From an uncultured Planctomycetales bacterium (GTDB lineage Bacteria > Planctomycetota > Planctomycetia > Pirellulales > S012-138): a stretch of 64,000 nt of DNA. The stretch lies in NCBI GenBank assembly GCA_937927735.1, contig CALBRZ010000083.1, forward strand, positions 544 through 64,543, in the 5' to 3' direction. Position 1 is the stretch's first letter. Each line of letters opens with the position of its first letter. Positions 9,480-18,269 of the stretch are shown here, one piece after another. A model generated the notes under the pieces. It made no database searches, was not told where the DNA came from, and worked only from the letters and a program-made list of their open reading frames with translations. Position numbers and translations under genes: made by a program.

Positions 9480-9743
9480 CAGTGGGTCGTGCGAGACGCG
9501 GCACGACGGACTAGAGGCTGCGAGGTGGCTGGGTGGCTCCCGGTCGAAGCGGCGGGTTCTAGTGAAAGGAGGTGATCAGTGTTATCTGACTGTACGAGCC
9601 ATGTAGGTGGTTCCGCCTGATGACAGTCGGCGGGCTGTCTCCTAAACCAGGCAGCCATCACCACTCGTAGGATCACTTCCGATCAAAACTACGAGTCAAA
9701 CGGGCCCGGTCCTCTGCACGCACAGGGGGCCGGGTTCTTTTTT
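9480..9743 (+). ncRNA. candidate orphan structured small RNA / leader-peptide transcript (family unknown)
   Basis: No plausible protein gene lies between 9366 and 9801. Nested helices: 9486-9492/9501-9507, 9510-9515/9558-9563, 9568-9577/9671-9680, 9606-9611/9657-9662. It ends in a canonical intrinsic terminator. The 5' end is not determined. Confidence 0.35.
9705..9743 (+). terminator. rho-independent terminator
   Basis: 12-bp stem CCCGGTCCTCTG / CAGGGGGCCGGG (two G-U pairs), 6-nt loop, followed by TTCTTTTTT. Confidence 0.8.
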
Positions 9744-9801
9744 GCGCTCTGGCGGAGGGGCACGGAACGCCGTGGGTCTGCGACGCGGGCCGAAAAATCA
9801 C

Positions 9802-10470
9802 TCAGATCTGCCCGCTCTTCTTTTGCATGACTTCTGCCACGGCCTGACGTATGGCCGACGCCGACTCTCGCCCAAAGCGTTTCTGGTATCGCCGCATCAG
9901 GGGGTAGCCAAGCCGCGCGAGGAGGTGTCCAGGTTGCGAGAACGCCAGGATGTCGTAGTGGACTTCGCCGTTGGGCAGCATCTCTACCAGGAAGCATTCT
10001 TCGCCCCGGCCGGCATGTCCCGGCAACGTACCGTAGGCAAAGCCGAATCGTCGCTTTGTCCCGGTGTCCTCGTCGATTACGTAGACGATCCGGCACGGAT
10101 TGACCCACCATAAACCGGCGGCTTTGGCGACGATGGCCACGACGGTGCCGGGCACAAGGGGCGCATCTGCTGGCGCAATGGTCAACCATGAAAGGCCAAA
10201 CTGCCGCCAACCACGGAGCGCGTCGCATGCGGCGGCGAACACGGCTTCGCCTTGCCCGAGCAGGCAGCGAGTGTGATCGACGCGGTAGCCTTGTGGCGGC
10301 TGCGTGGCCGTGGCTCCGATGGCCTCGTAGGTGAAGGTCCGTCGCTGCTGCCGCGCGAGCCATTGGGCGACTTGCCCGGGCGATGGTTGGCGGAGCGACG
10401 GCAGGGCGTCCTGCCAACCGACGCCGCAAACGTGAGGGCGGGGATCGTGCTGGGGATGCTCGTGAGACAT
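9802..10470 (-). CDS. DUF1990 family protein
   Basis: By-eye match to the DUF1990 pattern (FTYEAIGAT, GLWWVNPCRIVYV, FGFAYGTLPGHAGRGEECF). The exact start is uncertain. Confidence 0.75.
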   Translation of the reverse strand: MSHEHPQHDPRPHVCGVGWQDALPSLRQPSPGQVAQWLARQQRRTFTYEAIGATATQPPQGYRVDHTRCLLGQGEAVFAAACDALRGWRQFGLSWLTIAPADAPLVPGTVVAIVAKAAGLWWVNPCRIVYVIDEDTGTKRRFGFAYGTLPGHAGRGEECFLVEMLPNGEVHYDILAFSQPGHLLARLGYPLMRRYQKRFGRESASAIRQAVAEVMQKKSGQI

Positions 10471-10505
10471 GCTCGTGATGATGCGACGCGGCCAAGGTTC
10501 CGCGC

Positions 10506-10554
10506 AAAAATTTAGGCCGACTCCAGCCCGCCATGATAGCGGGCGAGTCGGCCT
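10506..10554 (-). terminator. rho-independent terminator of the histone-like gene
   Basis: On the minus strand, a 10-bp stem AGGCCGACTC/GAGTCGGCCT with an inner hairpin, followed by AAATTTTTG. Lies 60 nt after the stop at 10614. Confidence 0.7.
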
Positions 10555-10613
10555 CTCTCGCTGTATCGTGTCATGCGGCCGCAGAGCGGGCGGCCGAAGG
10601 GTTCCGCCTAAAG

Positions 10614-10886
10614 TTACTTGCTGGCGGTCTTCTTGGCGGCCGGCTTCTTAGCGGCCGGAGCCTTCTTGGCAGCGGAGGCCTTGGCCTTGGGCGAAGCCTT
10701 CGGCTTGGCGGCCTTGGCTGCCTTGGTCGCGGTGGTCTTGGCCGCAGCCTTCTTGGGCGAGGCCTTCGCCTTGGTGGCGGCCGGCTTGGCAGCCTTGGCC
10801 GGAGCCTTCTTGGCGGTCGAGGCCTTTGCCTTGGGCGAAGCCTTGGGCTTTTCAGCCTTGGCCGGCGACTTCTTCGCTGTGGGCAT
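10614..10886 (-). CDS. histone H1-like, Lys/Ala/Pro-rich nucleoid protein
   Basis: Start re-called at MPTAKKSPAKA (ATG at 10886, AGGAGC 6 nt upstream). 90 aa, almost entirely K/A/P/S/T. Internal duplication: KPKASPKAKASTAKKAPAKAAKPAA versus KPKASPKAKASAAKKAPAAKKPAA. Confidence 0.8.
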   Translation of the reverse strand: MPTAKKSPAKAEKPKASPKAKASTAKKAPAKAAKPAATKAKASPKKAAAKTTATKAAKAAKPKASPKAKASAAKKAPAAKKPAAKKTASK

Positions 10887-11996
10887 TCTATCGCTCCTGA
10901 AGATGACGCCCCGAACTCCAAAGTCCTCTTCCTCAGGGCGTCCAGCGGGAAGAGGTTTCCGCCGTACAGGTGGCGGATGGTTTCGTCCGTGCTTGTTCAC
11001 CCAGGCCCGCAGGTCTAGGTGTTTGATGCCCTAACTGGCGGCAGGCAAATGCGAGGCGCGGTTATCAACCCGCAAGAAGCTTTGCTTGCCGAGTGATCGT
11101 ATCAACCGTGTATCCGTACTCCGTGCTTGAGGCACGCGTGGTTGCAAAGCCCAAGGAGTCAGCCAGAAATCGGGGAACACCTGCCAGGTGCACTGCGGCT
11201 CGCCTTCCTCCGCGGCCGGAGCAACCAGCCAAGGCGGGTTCCTCATATCATGCCGGCCGTTCGCCATGGGGGGCCCTGTCTTGCCATGGGGGCGTGTCCC
11301 GGGCCCGGCCGATTTCTGTCTTATTTCAGAGGAGCGTGTTCCTTGTAGGGGGCGGCGATGCGAGCTCGAAGCATGGGGCGTTTCAAGAGAAGGAAGCCGC
11401 CGGCCACGACGACTTCAGATCACTGATCATGACTCCCATGTCTGCGAGTGGTCCGTCCTCCATGCCGCCCAAGGTTATTGACGTTCGCGCGACCGTCGCC
11501 ACCTTGGATTGTGCCACCCGGTTGGCCTGTGGAGAGCTCACCAAAGCGGCGCTTCCGGCGAGGGCTGCGTAGGTATCACTAATAACCTTCGCCCGTTGCG
11601 CCAAATTGAAGCAACTTAACCGCACTTACGTCAAGGCGGATCGGAACATTCTGGTCAAGTTCTACAACTTTTTTTGCTCATGACATGGTTAGAGGCCCTC
11701 ATACCAACCGCTAACGTAGGCGCGGGTCGGTTCAACTGCTGATTTGACAACCGCGCCGCGACCTTCATCGTCGCGCGCTAAACCTCCTTGTGGCGGACGG
11801 CGGGCAGCGTTCCACGTTAAATGCTCCCGTTCGCAAGGTGCGGGGACGCGGCCGCGTGGTGCTGTAGCGCCGGTCAAACGTGTAATGGCCGCGCGACGGT
11901 TGGTAGACTGGTACGCTGTCCGCCGCCGGGGATGGTTGGCTCGTTGGACCTGCCGCGGCGCGGCCTCAAAAAATGTGAGCAGTCGGGTGCCCCACT

Positions 11997-13403
11997 ATGG
12001 CCGTTGATTCCTCGCTGGCGTTTGCTTCGATCCGCACCCTGGGCCGTCATCTCCGCGCCAAGCGGTTCACCTCGCTGGAACTTACCGAGTTCTTTCTCGA
12101 CCGGCTGCGACGTCACGGCCCGCGGCTCAACGCCGTGGTCACACTCACCGAGGATCTTGCCCGAAGCCAGGCCCGGCAGGCCGACGAAGAGCTTGCCCGG
12201 GGGATCGATCGTGGCCCCCTGCACGGCATTCCTTACGGCGCCAAAGACCTGCTATCGACGCCCGGCATTCCGACCAGTTGGGGCGCCGCCCCGCTTCGCG
12301 AGCGCATTCTGGAGGACGAGGCGACCGTGGTCCGCCGCCTCCGCGAGGCCGGCGCGGTGCTGTGCGCCAAGCTGGCCATGGTGGAGATCGCCGGGGGGCT
12401 GGGGTACGACCAGGCCAACGCGTCGTTCACCGGGCCGGGGTTGAATCCCTGGGCCACCGACCGCTGGAGCGGCGGTTCGTCCAGCGGTTCAGGCTCGGCC
12501 GTGGGAGCCGGCCTGGTGCCGATGGCGATTGGCTCAGAAACCTGGGGCTCGATCATGACGCCGGCCGGCTACTGCGGCGTCACCGGGCTGCGTCCGACCT
12601 ATGGCCGTGTCAGCCGCCACGGCGCGATGGCCCTGAGTTGGACCATGGACAAGTTGGGTTGCCTGACCCGGACGGCGGACGACGCCGGGCTGGTTCTGGA
12701 GGCCATCGCGGGGCACGACCCCAACGACCCGACATCGTTGCGCAGCACGTTCACCTACCGGCGTCTCAAGCCGAACCGCCGCTGGAAGCTGGCACGCCTG
12801 GCTGGCGACGTCGAGCGGGTACAGCCTGAGGTCCGGGCTGCCTTTGAAACCTCACTCGAGGTATTGATGGCCGACGCCGACATCGCGCAGGTGAAACTGC
12901 CCGACCTGCCCTATAGCCTGGTGGCGAGCGTCATCATCAATTGTGAAATGGCGGCCGCGTTTGAAGGCCTCATCTCATCCGGCGATATCTGGGAAATGAC
13001 GGCTCCCGAGGATTGTATTGGCGCGCACGCGGCCCAATTGATACCCGCCAAGGACTATATCAATGCCCTGCGCATCCGCCGCAAGATCCAGGTGGCCCTG
13101 GACGAGTTGCTGCAACCTTATGACGCCCTGGTGATGCCCACGCTGGCCACGGTGGCTTCGCCGATCGACCGTGACTTTGCCAGCTATCACCGAGGCTGGG
13201 GGCTGCCCCCCCTGGGAGGCGGCGAGAATGCCGCAGGCATCCCGGCGATCACCGTCCCCAATGGATTCGGGGAATCCCAACTGCCGACCGGTTTGAAGTT
13301 TGTCGGCAGGGCCTTCTCGGAGAACCGGCTGCTGAATCTGGCGCGCGCCTACCAGCAGCGCACCGCGTGGCACGCCGAAGTGCCGCCGGAGTTCAAGGGC
13401 TGA
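11997..13403 (+). CDS. amidase-signature family amidase (GatA-like)
   Basis: Amidase signature GGSSSGSGSAVGAGLVPMAIGSETWGSIMTPAGYCGVTGLRPTYGRVSRHG. Conserved Lys context IPYGAKDL. Confidence 0.9.
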   Translation: MAVDSSLAFASIRTLGRHLRAKRFTSLELTEFFLDRLRRHGPRLNAVVTLTEDLARSQARQADEELARGIDRGPLHGIPYGAKDLLSTPGIPTSWGAAPLRERILEDEATVVRRLREAGAVLCAKLAMVEIAGGLGYDQANASFTGPGLNPWATDRWSGGSSSGSGSAVGAGLVPMAIGSETWGSIMTPAGYCGVTGLRPTYGRVSRHGAMALSWTMDKLGCLTRTADDAGLVLEAIAGHDPNDPTSLRSTFTYRRLKPNRRWKLARLAGDVERVQPEVRAAFETSLEVLMADADIAQVKLPDLPYSLVASVIINCEMAAAFEGLISSGDIWEMTAPEDCIGAHAAQLIPAKDYINALRIRRKIQVALDELLQPYDALVMPTLATVASPIDRDFASYHRGWGLPPLGGGENAAGIPAITVPNGFGESQLPTGLKFVGRAFSENRLLNLARAYQQRTAWHAEVPPEFKG

Positions 13404-13439
13404 GTGCTGGCTGGTCGTTGCTGACGTGCGTAGTTGTCG

Positions 13440-13727
13440 TTACAGGCCTGCCCGAAGCGACAGCCACAGGACGCCCCCGACAAAGGCAGCCAGCAAACCG
13501 GCCATTTTCATCAGGTCCACGCGGCGCCGCTCCACAGCCTGGGGCAGCCGCCAGGTGGTGATATTGCCTTCGCGCAACCGTTCGGCCCCGCAGCGGGGGC
13601 AACAAGTATCGCGCAACCGCATGGTGCCAGAACAGTTCCAGCAGATCCGCCCGCTCTGGATCGCGGTACAGCGCTGGCTATTGCGAAGGCTTTGCCCCAG
13701 GTGGCTCGAATCACATAGTGTTGTCAC
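13440..13727 (-). CDS. zinc-ribbon protein with C-terminal TM helix
   Basis: CWNC...(12 residues)...CPRC zinc-ribbon pattern and a C-terminal hydrophobic helix MAGLLAAFVGGVLWLSL. GTG start with GAGG 7 nt upstream. Confidence 0.5.
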   Translation of the reverse strand: MTTLCDSSHLGQSLRNSQRCTAIQSGRICWNCSGTMRLRDTCCPRCGAERLREGNITTWRLPQAVERRRVDLMKMAGLLAAFVGGVLWLSLRAGL

Positions 13728-14252
13728 GACAGCACCTCACTGACGGGACCGTCGGGCGGGGATGGTTCGCTCACGTGAGTCTTGAGCGTAGCGCGAGCCA
13801 CCGCGTTACAGCTTTGGTCCGGCTTCCGCGGGCGTGGGGGACGCACGCGACTGGCCCTGGTAACCGGTGCTATCGCCCCCCCGGCTAGGATTGCGCTCCC
13901 CGTTCCCAGCCAACAACACGGGACTACAGACCGGCCAACCGGAATGACCGCCGCCACTGGTCCAGGTCGAATAATTGTCCTATTCGCCTTCGGCAGCCGG
14001 AGCGTGCCGACTCAATCAACTCTTGGTCACGGTTTACGCTTTACGAATGACGAAAAGTCCGGCCAACCGTTCGCACCGGACCTATCTGACGCAAAAGCCG
14101 TACTTTCCTTGTTTTCTCACATGCGTGACCGGCTCTGCTCCGCAGAGAGCAAGCGAGCAGATTAGATGCCCCCCAACGGTGCAATCGCGATAATCGGTAG
14201 AAGCTGTCGTGCGGACCAACAACGTCCGTTGGCGGCGTTTCTGGATGCAGTG

Positions 14253-14930
14253 CTATCGGCTCGCCAGCTCATACCAATCGACGGGCCGATCAAAGCGGTC
14301 GGCACCGTGAGCTAGATGGGCCAACGCCGTGTCGGCCGGCAGCCACCGCTGAAGTTCGGCCAGGTTCCGCCGCTGGCTCAGGTCCGATGCGTGCGGCCGG
14401 GCGTCGTTGAGTACTACGGCCGCCACGCGGAGGTTGCGGCGCTGGCACGCTTCGGCGGTCAACAGCGTCTGGTTGATCACGCCCAGACAGTTGTCGGCCA
14501 CGATCACGACCGGCAGTCGAAACTCCACCGCCAGGTCGGCCACCAGATCGTGGTCGCTGATGGGCGAGAGAAAGCCGCCGGCGCCCTCGACCACAACCAC
14601 TTCAAAGGACTGCCAGGCGGTGAGGCCTTGCCGTAAAAGCTGCCGATCGATGGCGCGGCCCTCGGTCGTCGCGGCCAGGTGGGGAGCCAGCGGGGCTTCA
14701 AAACATTGGGGGCAAACGGCTGCCAGGTTCAATGGGCGGCCTGCGGCTTCCCATAGCGCCAGGGCATCTTCGGCAATCAGCCGGTCGCCTTCGCGGCGGC
14801 AACCACTGGCGGCCGGTTTGTAGACGCCCGCCCGCCGGCCCGCTTCGGCCAACTGCCGCGTGATCCTGGCGGCCACGTAGGTCTTGCCGACTTCGGTACT
14901 GGTGCCGGTGATGAACAGGCCGGTTGGCAT
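14253..14930 (-). CDS. bioD: dethiobiotin synthase
   Basis: Start re-called at MPTGLFITGTSTEVGKTYV (P-loop GTxTxVGKT). VYKPAASGC and GAGGFLSP are BioD-like. Gives 225 aa. Confidence 0.9.
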   Translation of the reverse strand: MPTGLFITGTSTEVGKTYVAARITRQLAEAGRRAGVYKPAASGCRREGDRLIAEDALALWEAAGRPLNLAAVCPQCFEAPLAPHLAATTEGRAIDRQLLRQGLTAWQSFEVVVVEGAGGFLSPISDHDLVADLAVEFRLPVVIVADNCLGVINQTLLTAEACQRRNLRVAAVVLNDARPHASDLSQRRNLAELQRWLPADTALAHLAHGADRFDRPVDWYELASR

Positions 14931-15033
14931 GCTTGGTTTGCGGGGGCGGTGGACGGATCGGGGCCAAATGAACAAGAGCCGGGCGGCGCTCATGCGCAAC
15001 CCGGCTCTCAATATATCAATTGTGCCGTGAGCA

Positions 15034-16200
15034 CTAGTGGCCGGGCGGCGGAGGCAGCGTGACGCCGCTGGCACCCGCGGCCGGCGTCGGCGCGTTCACC
15101 TGGGCCACGATCGCTTTGCGGAGCCAGGCCAGCGTGGCTTGGAACTCAGGCATGTCGGCCACTACGCGGTACTGCGGATTCTCGGCCACCGATTGATACG
15201 CCTGAAGTGACTTGCCCAGCGCTTCGACGTTGGCTGTCTTTCCTGGCTGGAACACTTCCGGCGGCAGGGCCAGGTAACGCCGCCAGGGATCATCCAACCG
15301 CCGGCTGAGTGCCTGCCACGAGCTGGCCAGGTGCTGCTGAGTTTCGGCGGGCGAATCCGCGGCTGGCGTCGGCATTTGGGGGGCCGGCGGCTGCACGATC
15401 GCTTGCGCCGTCGTTACCGGGGTGAGCTGGGCAGCCCGATCGGGACGCGACAGGTTCGTGAGCATCTCTTGCAGACGCGCGGCTTCGGTCGGTTCGCCCC
15501 GAGCGTAGTAAATCTGCGTGGCAGCCGGATCGGTCTTGAGCGAAGCGCCATCCAGGGCCACGCCGACGAAGAGGCCGCGGGTGCGCGAGTATGAATAGAT
15601 CTCGGCCCTGAGTTGCACGTCGGTACCGATCTCGGCCTGGCGTCCCACCGGGCCGGCGGCCACGGCGGCATCGGCCCCCAGCGTGATCTTGCCGCGCATC
15701 ATGGCATCGACCGATTCGCGATTGCGGAAGATGAGCACCACGTCGGTCGAGAGCGCGCCGGCCTGGAAACCAAAGCTGCCCCCGGTCAGCGTGACGAACT
15801 GCGGCGGACCCCAGTTGCCCTGGGCGTCGCGGATCAGGATCACGCCGTTGCCGTGGCGGATGCCGGCGATGAAGCCCACCTTGATCACGTTGGGGATGAT
15901 CGCCACCGCCTGGGCACGTCCCAGCAGAACGTGCGGAATGCCGCGCTCGGGAATGGCGGTGACGTCGGCCAGTACTTGAATGGCTGAATCCACGGTGGCG
16001 GTCTGCGGGGAAATGACCACCGGCATCGTCCCGTTGTACGGTCCGTAGTACGGACCATAGCTGGGCATCACATACGGTCCGTTGAACGTGCCGCCATACG
16101 GCTCGACCGCGGGCGACTGCAGATCCTGGGCACCGGCGTATGTGCTCGCCAGCAGACACAGCCCAACTGAGAACGCGATGCGCAACGTGTTTGCCAGCAT
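15034..16200 (-). CDS. secreted SYLF (DUF500/Ysc84-like) lipid-binding domain protein
   Basis: Start re-called at MLANTLRIAFSVGLCLLASTYAGAQD (signal peptide). SYLF-like core: AVAIIPNVIKVGFIAGIRHGNGVILIRD...GGSFGFQAG...LGADAAVAAGPVGR...IYSYSRTRGLFVGVALDGA. Confidence 0.85.
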   Translation of the reverse strand: MLANTLRIAFSVGLCLLASTYAGAQDLQSPAVEPYGGTFNGPYVMPSYGPYYGPYNGTMPVVISPQTATVDSAIQVLADVTAIPERGIPHVLLGRAQAVAIIPNVIKVGFIAGIRHGNGVILIRDAQGNWGPPQFVTLTGGSFGFQAGALSTDVVLIFRNRESVDAMMRGKITLGADAAVAAGPVGRQAEIGTDVQLRAEIYSYSRTRGLFVGVALDGASLKTDPAATQIYYARGEPTEAARLQEMLTNLSRPDRAAQLTPVTTAQAIVQPPAPQMPTPAADSPAETQQHLASSWQALSRRLDDPWRRYLALPPEVFQPGKTANVEALGKSLQAYQSVAENPQYRVVADMPEFQATLAWLRKAIVAQVNAPTPAAGASGVTLPPPPGH

Positions 16201-16748
16201 GATGGCTTCCTTGATGGCTGAAGGGGGGGCGGCAGCGTTCGCGCTTGCGGGGCTAGCGAGAATGCGCCGTGTGCTTCGTGCAGCAGTCCCACCGGTTGCG
16301 GGGCAGAGGCAGCATCCTAAAGCGAACCGCCAATTTTGGGCAATGCCAGCGCGGAAGCATCGCTGTGAGCGCACGGCATGCTAGCAAGTGTGGTGTGCGG
16401 TTCACGCGTCGGACGCGGTCGCGGTCCCCCCTTCAAAGCTGCGGGAGGTTTCCGCCCAGAAGTGCGGGCGATGCGCACCGCTCAATTGTGGTGGTTGTTT
16501 TTGGGCGGTGGCGAAAAGACCATCACAGGCGGCGCGCAAATCGCCACCAGGCGAATCGCGCCGCGCAGAGCGCCTCGCGAGAATTGCTATCGATCCGCCA
16601 GTTTAGGCGCGCATGGAAGCAATGGCATCGCGCTTGCATTACGCGGATCGATGCTCACCGGCACGGCCACGGTTCCCGTGCACTTGTTGACCCGCCGCAC
16701 CGGATGCCCCGCCTGACCGCCCCCCCGTTGAAAGGAGTCCTCGCGCTT

Positions 16749-17741
16749 ATGATGCGCCGCAGAGGTTTCACCCTCGTCGAGCTACTGGTGGTCATCGCCA
16801 TTATCGGACTTTTGATCGCGCTGCTGTTGCCGTCCATCCAGGCAGCGCGCGAATCGGGGCGCCGCACCAAGTGCCAGAGCAATCTGCGACAGATTGCGCT
16901 GGCGATGCACCTGCATCACGACAACAAGAATTGCTTTCCCGCCGCGCGGCTGTCCTCCGACCCCAAGTACGGGCACATGGTGGCCCTGCTGCCGTACATT
17001 GAGCAGAGCAACCTCGCGGGCATGTTCGATGCCACGGCGCCCGGCGGCTTCGCCGACCCGGTGAACCAGCCGGTGGCGAACGCCCCCTTGGAGATCATCC
17101 GCTGCCCATCCAACCCGATGCAGGAGCCGATCAAGATGCGGCTTGCCAGCCAGACGGGTAAGGCTTACGGCGCGTTCATCACCCTGACCGGTTCGACCAC
17201 CGATCCCAACGACCCCAACATCCTGACCGGCCAGGGCAACGATTACTGGGTGAACCACGCCATCAACGCTTCGGCCTACGCGCTGGTCAGCAGTTCGGGC
17301 ATCACACCTAACCCCATCCTCAAAGGCACTTACCCCACCATGGGGCAGGTGACCGATGGGCTGTCGTATACCACGATGATCCTCGAACACGCCGGCTACG
17401 ATCTGCACTACGTGGCCGGGGTGGGCATGCCGATGCCGGCTGATGATCTCACGCTCGATCAGCCGGGCGCCTGGGGGACTTGGCTGGGCTGGTGTGCGTT
17501 CACGCTCCAGACCTATCCCAACTTTACGCCGGAAACGTACCCCCGGGACCAGGCCAACATCCCCGCCGGCACCGAGTGCGTGATCAACTGCAACAACTCG
17601 CAAGGTGTGTTCGGCTTCCATCCCAACGGTGCGAACATCGCCATGGGCGACGCGAGCGTCCGCCTCTTTTCGACCAAAACATCTGCGGCGGCGCTGCTGT
17701 TCCAGGCCACGCGCGATGGCGGAGAGGCGATCGGCGAATGA
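16749..17741 (+). CDS. DUF1559 protein with prepilin-type N-terminal cleavage/methylation domain
   Basis: Start re-called at MMRRRGFTLVELLVVIAIIGLLIALLLPSIQAARESGRRTKCQSNLRQIALAMH, the hallmark N-terminus of the planctomycete-expanded DUF1559 family. C-terminal GFHPNGANIAMGDASV. Confidence 0.9.
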   Translation: MMRRRGFTLVELLVVIAIIGLLIALLLPSIQAARESGRRTKCQSNLRQIALAMHLHHDNKNCFPAARLSSDPKYGHMVALLPYIEQSNLAGMFDATAPGGFADPVNQPVANAPLEIIRCPSNPMQEPIKMRLASQTGKAYGAFITLTGSTTDPNDPNILTGQGNDYWVNHAINASAYALVSSSGITPNPILKGTYPTMGQVTDGLSYTTMILEHAGYDLHYVAGVGMPMPADDLTLDQPGAWGTWLGWCAFTLQTYPNFTPETYPRDQANIPAGTECVINCNNSQGVFGFHPNGANIAMGDASVRLFSTKTSAAALLFQATRDGGEAIGE

Positions 17742-18169
17742 AAGCACCTGCGATGGCAAAGGTCAGCGGGACCGTTCTGATAGCGGTCTGCCTGGTCGCC
17801 TTCGGCGGCTGTGGCGAGACGTCGACGGCGTGCCGGGTGACCGGCCAGGTTTTCATCAATCAGAAGCCGGCCGCGGGCGTGTACGTGCTGTTGCAGCCGG
17901 CCGAGCCGGCCGACGACAAAGCCGCCGGACAGGCCGCTGGCGCGGCGCGTACCGGTGACGACGGCACGTTCACGCTGGTCGTGCCTGAACCCGGCCAGTA
18001 CGTCGTCAATGCCTTCTGGCCCGAGGTGATCACAACATCAGACGAAGTCGTCGAAGGCGAGGACCGGTTCCGCGGCCGTTACCGCGACCCCAAGCGGCCC
18101 ATTGCGACGGTGCAGATCACCGCGCCTGAGCTGACGTTGCCGCCGATCGAATTGACCTTCCGCAAGTAG
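17738..18169 (+). CDS. small lipoprotein, carboxypeptidase-regulatory-like beta-sandwich (putative)
   Basis: The ATG overlaps the upstream stop (ATGA at 17738-17741). Lipobox VAFGGC. CRVTGQVF...DDGTFTLVVPEPGQYVV pattern. Confidence 0.7.
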   Translation: MKAPAMAKVSGTVLIAVCLVAFGGCGETSTACRVTGQVFINQKPAAGVYVLLQPAEPADDKAAGQAAGAARTGDDGTFTLVVPEPGQYVVNAFWPEVITTSDEVVEGEDRFRGRYRDPKRPIATVQITAPELTLPPIELTFRK

Positions 18170-18269
18170 ACGCTCGAGGCCGCTATGGGCCTGCTCGTTG
18201 AGCCAATCCCACGTTAGCCCCCCCCTGTTGAATCATTCTGGCATCGTTCGAAACCTGAAAGTGATCGCA

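Noticed and set aside
9480-9743. Assignment of the structured region to SRP RNA, 6S RNA, RNase P RNA or tmRNA
   Set aside because: I could not find the SRP helix-8 GNAR tetraloop or AGCA/GGAA loop context (the apical loop here is GGCG with a different internal-loop asymmetry). The RNase P P4 GAGGAAAGUCC motif is absent. So is a tmRNA tRNA-like end. 6S has no sequence signature that I can verify by eye. The region is left as family unknown.
11383-11625. 80-codon minus-strand ORF in the 1.1-kb gap
   Set aside because: It has a GTG start without an SD, mixed codon bias and no motif. The evidence is insufficient to call a CDS.
16269-16748. Long N-terminal extensions offered by the ORF track, also at 3186-3392, 8277-8387, 15075-14931, 16374-16201, 34149-33562, 35090-34827, 37092-36940 and 40045-39914
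   Set aside because: The upstream parts are Arg/Pro/Gly-rich and lack features. Conserved N-termini, signal peptides or lipoboxes and SD boxes mark internal starts.
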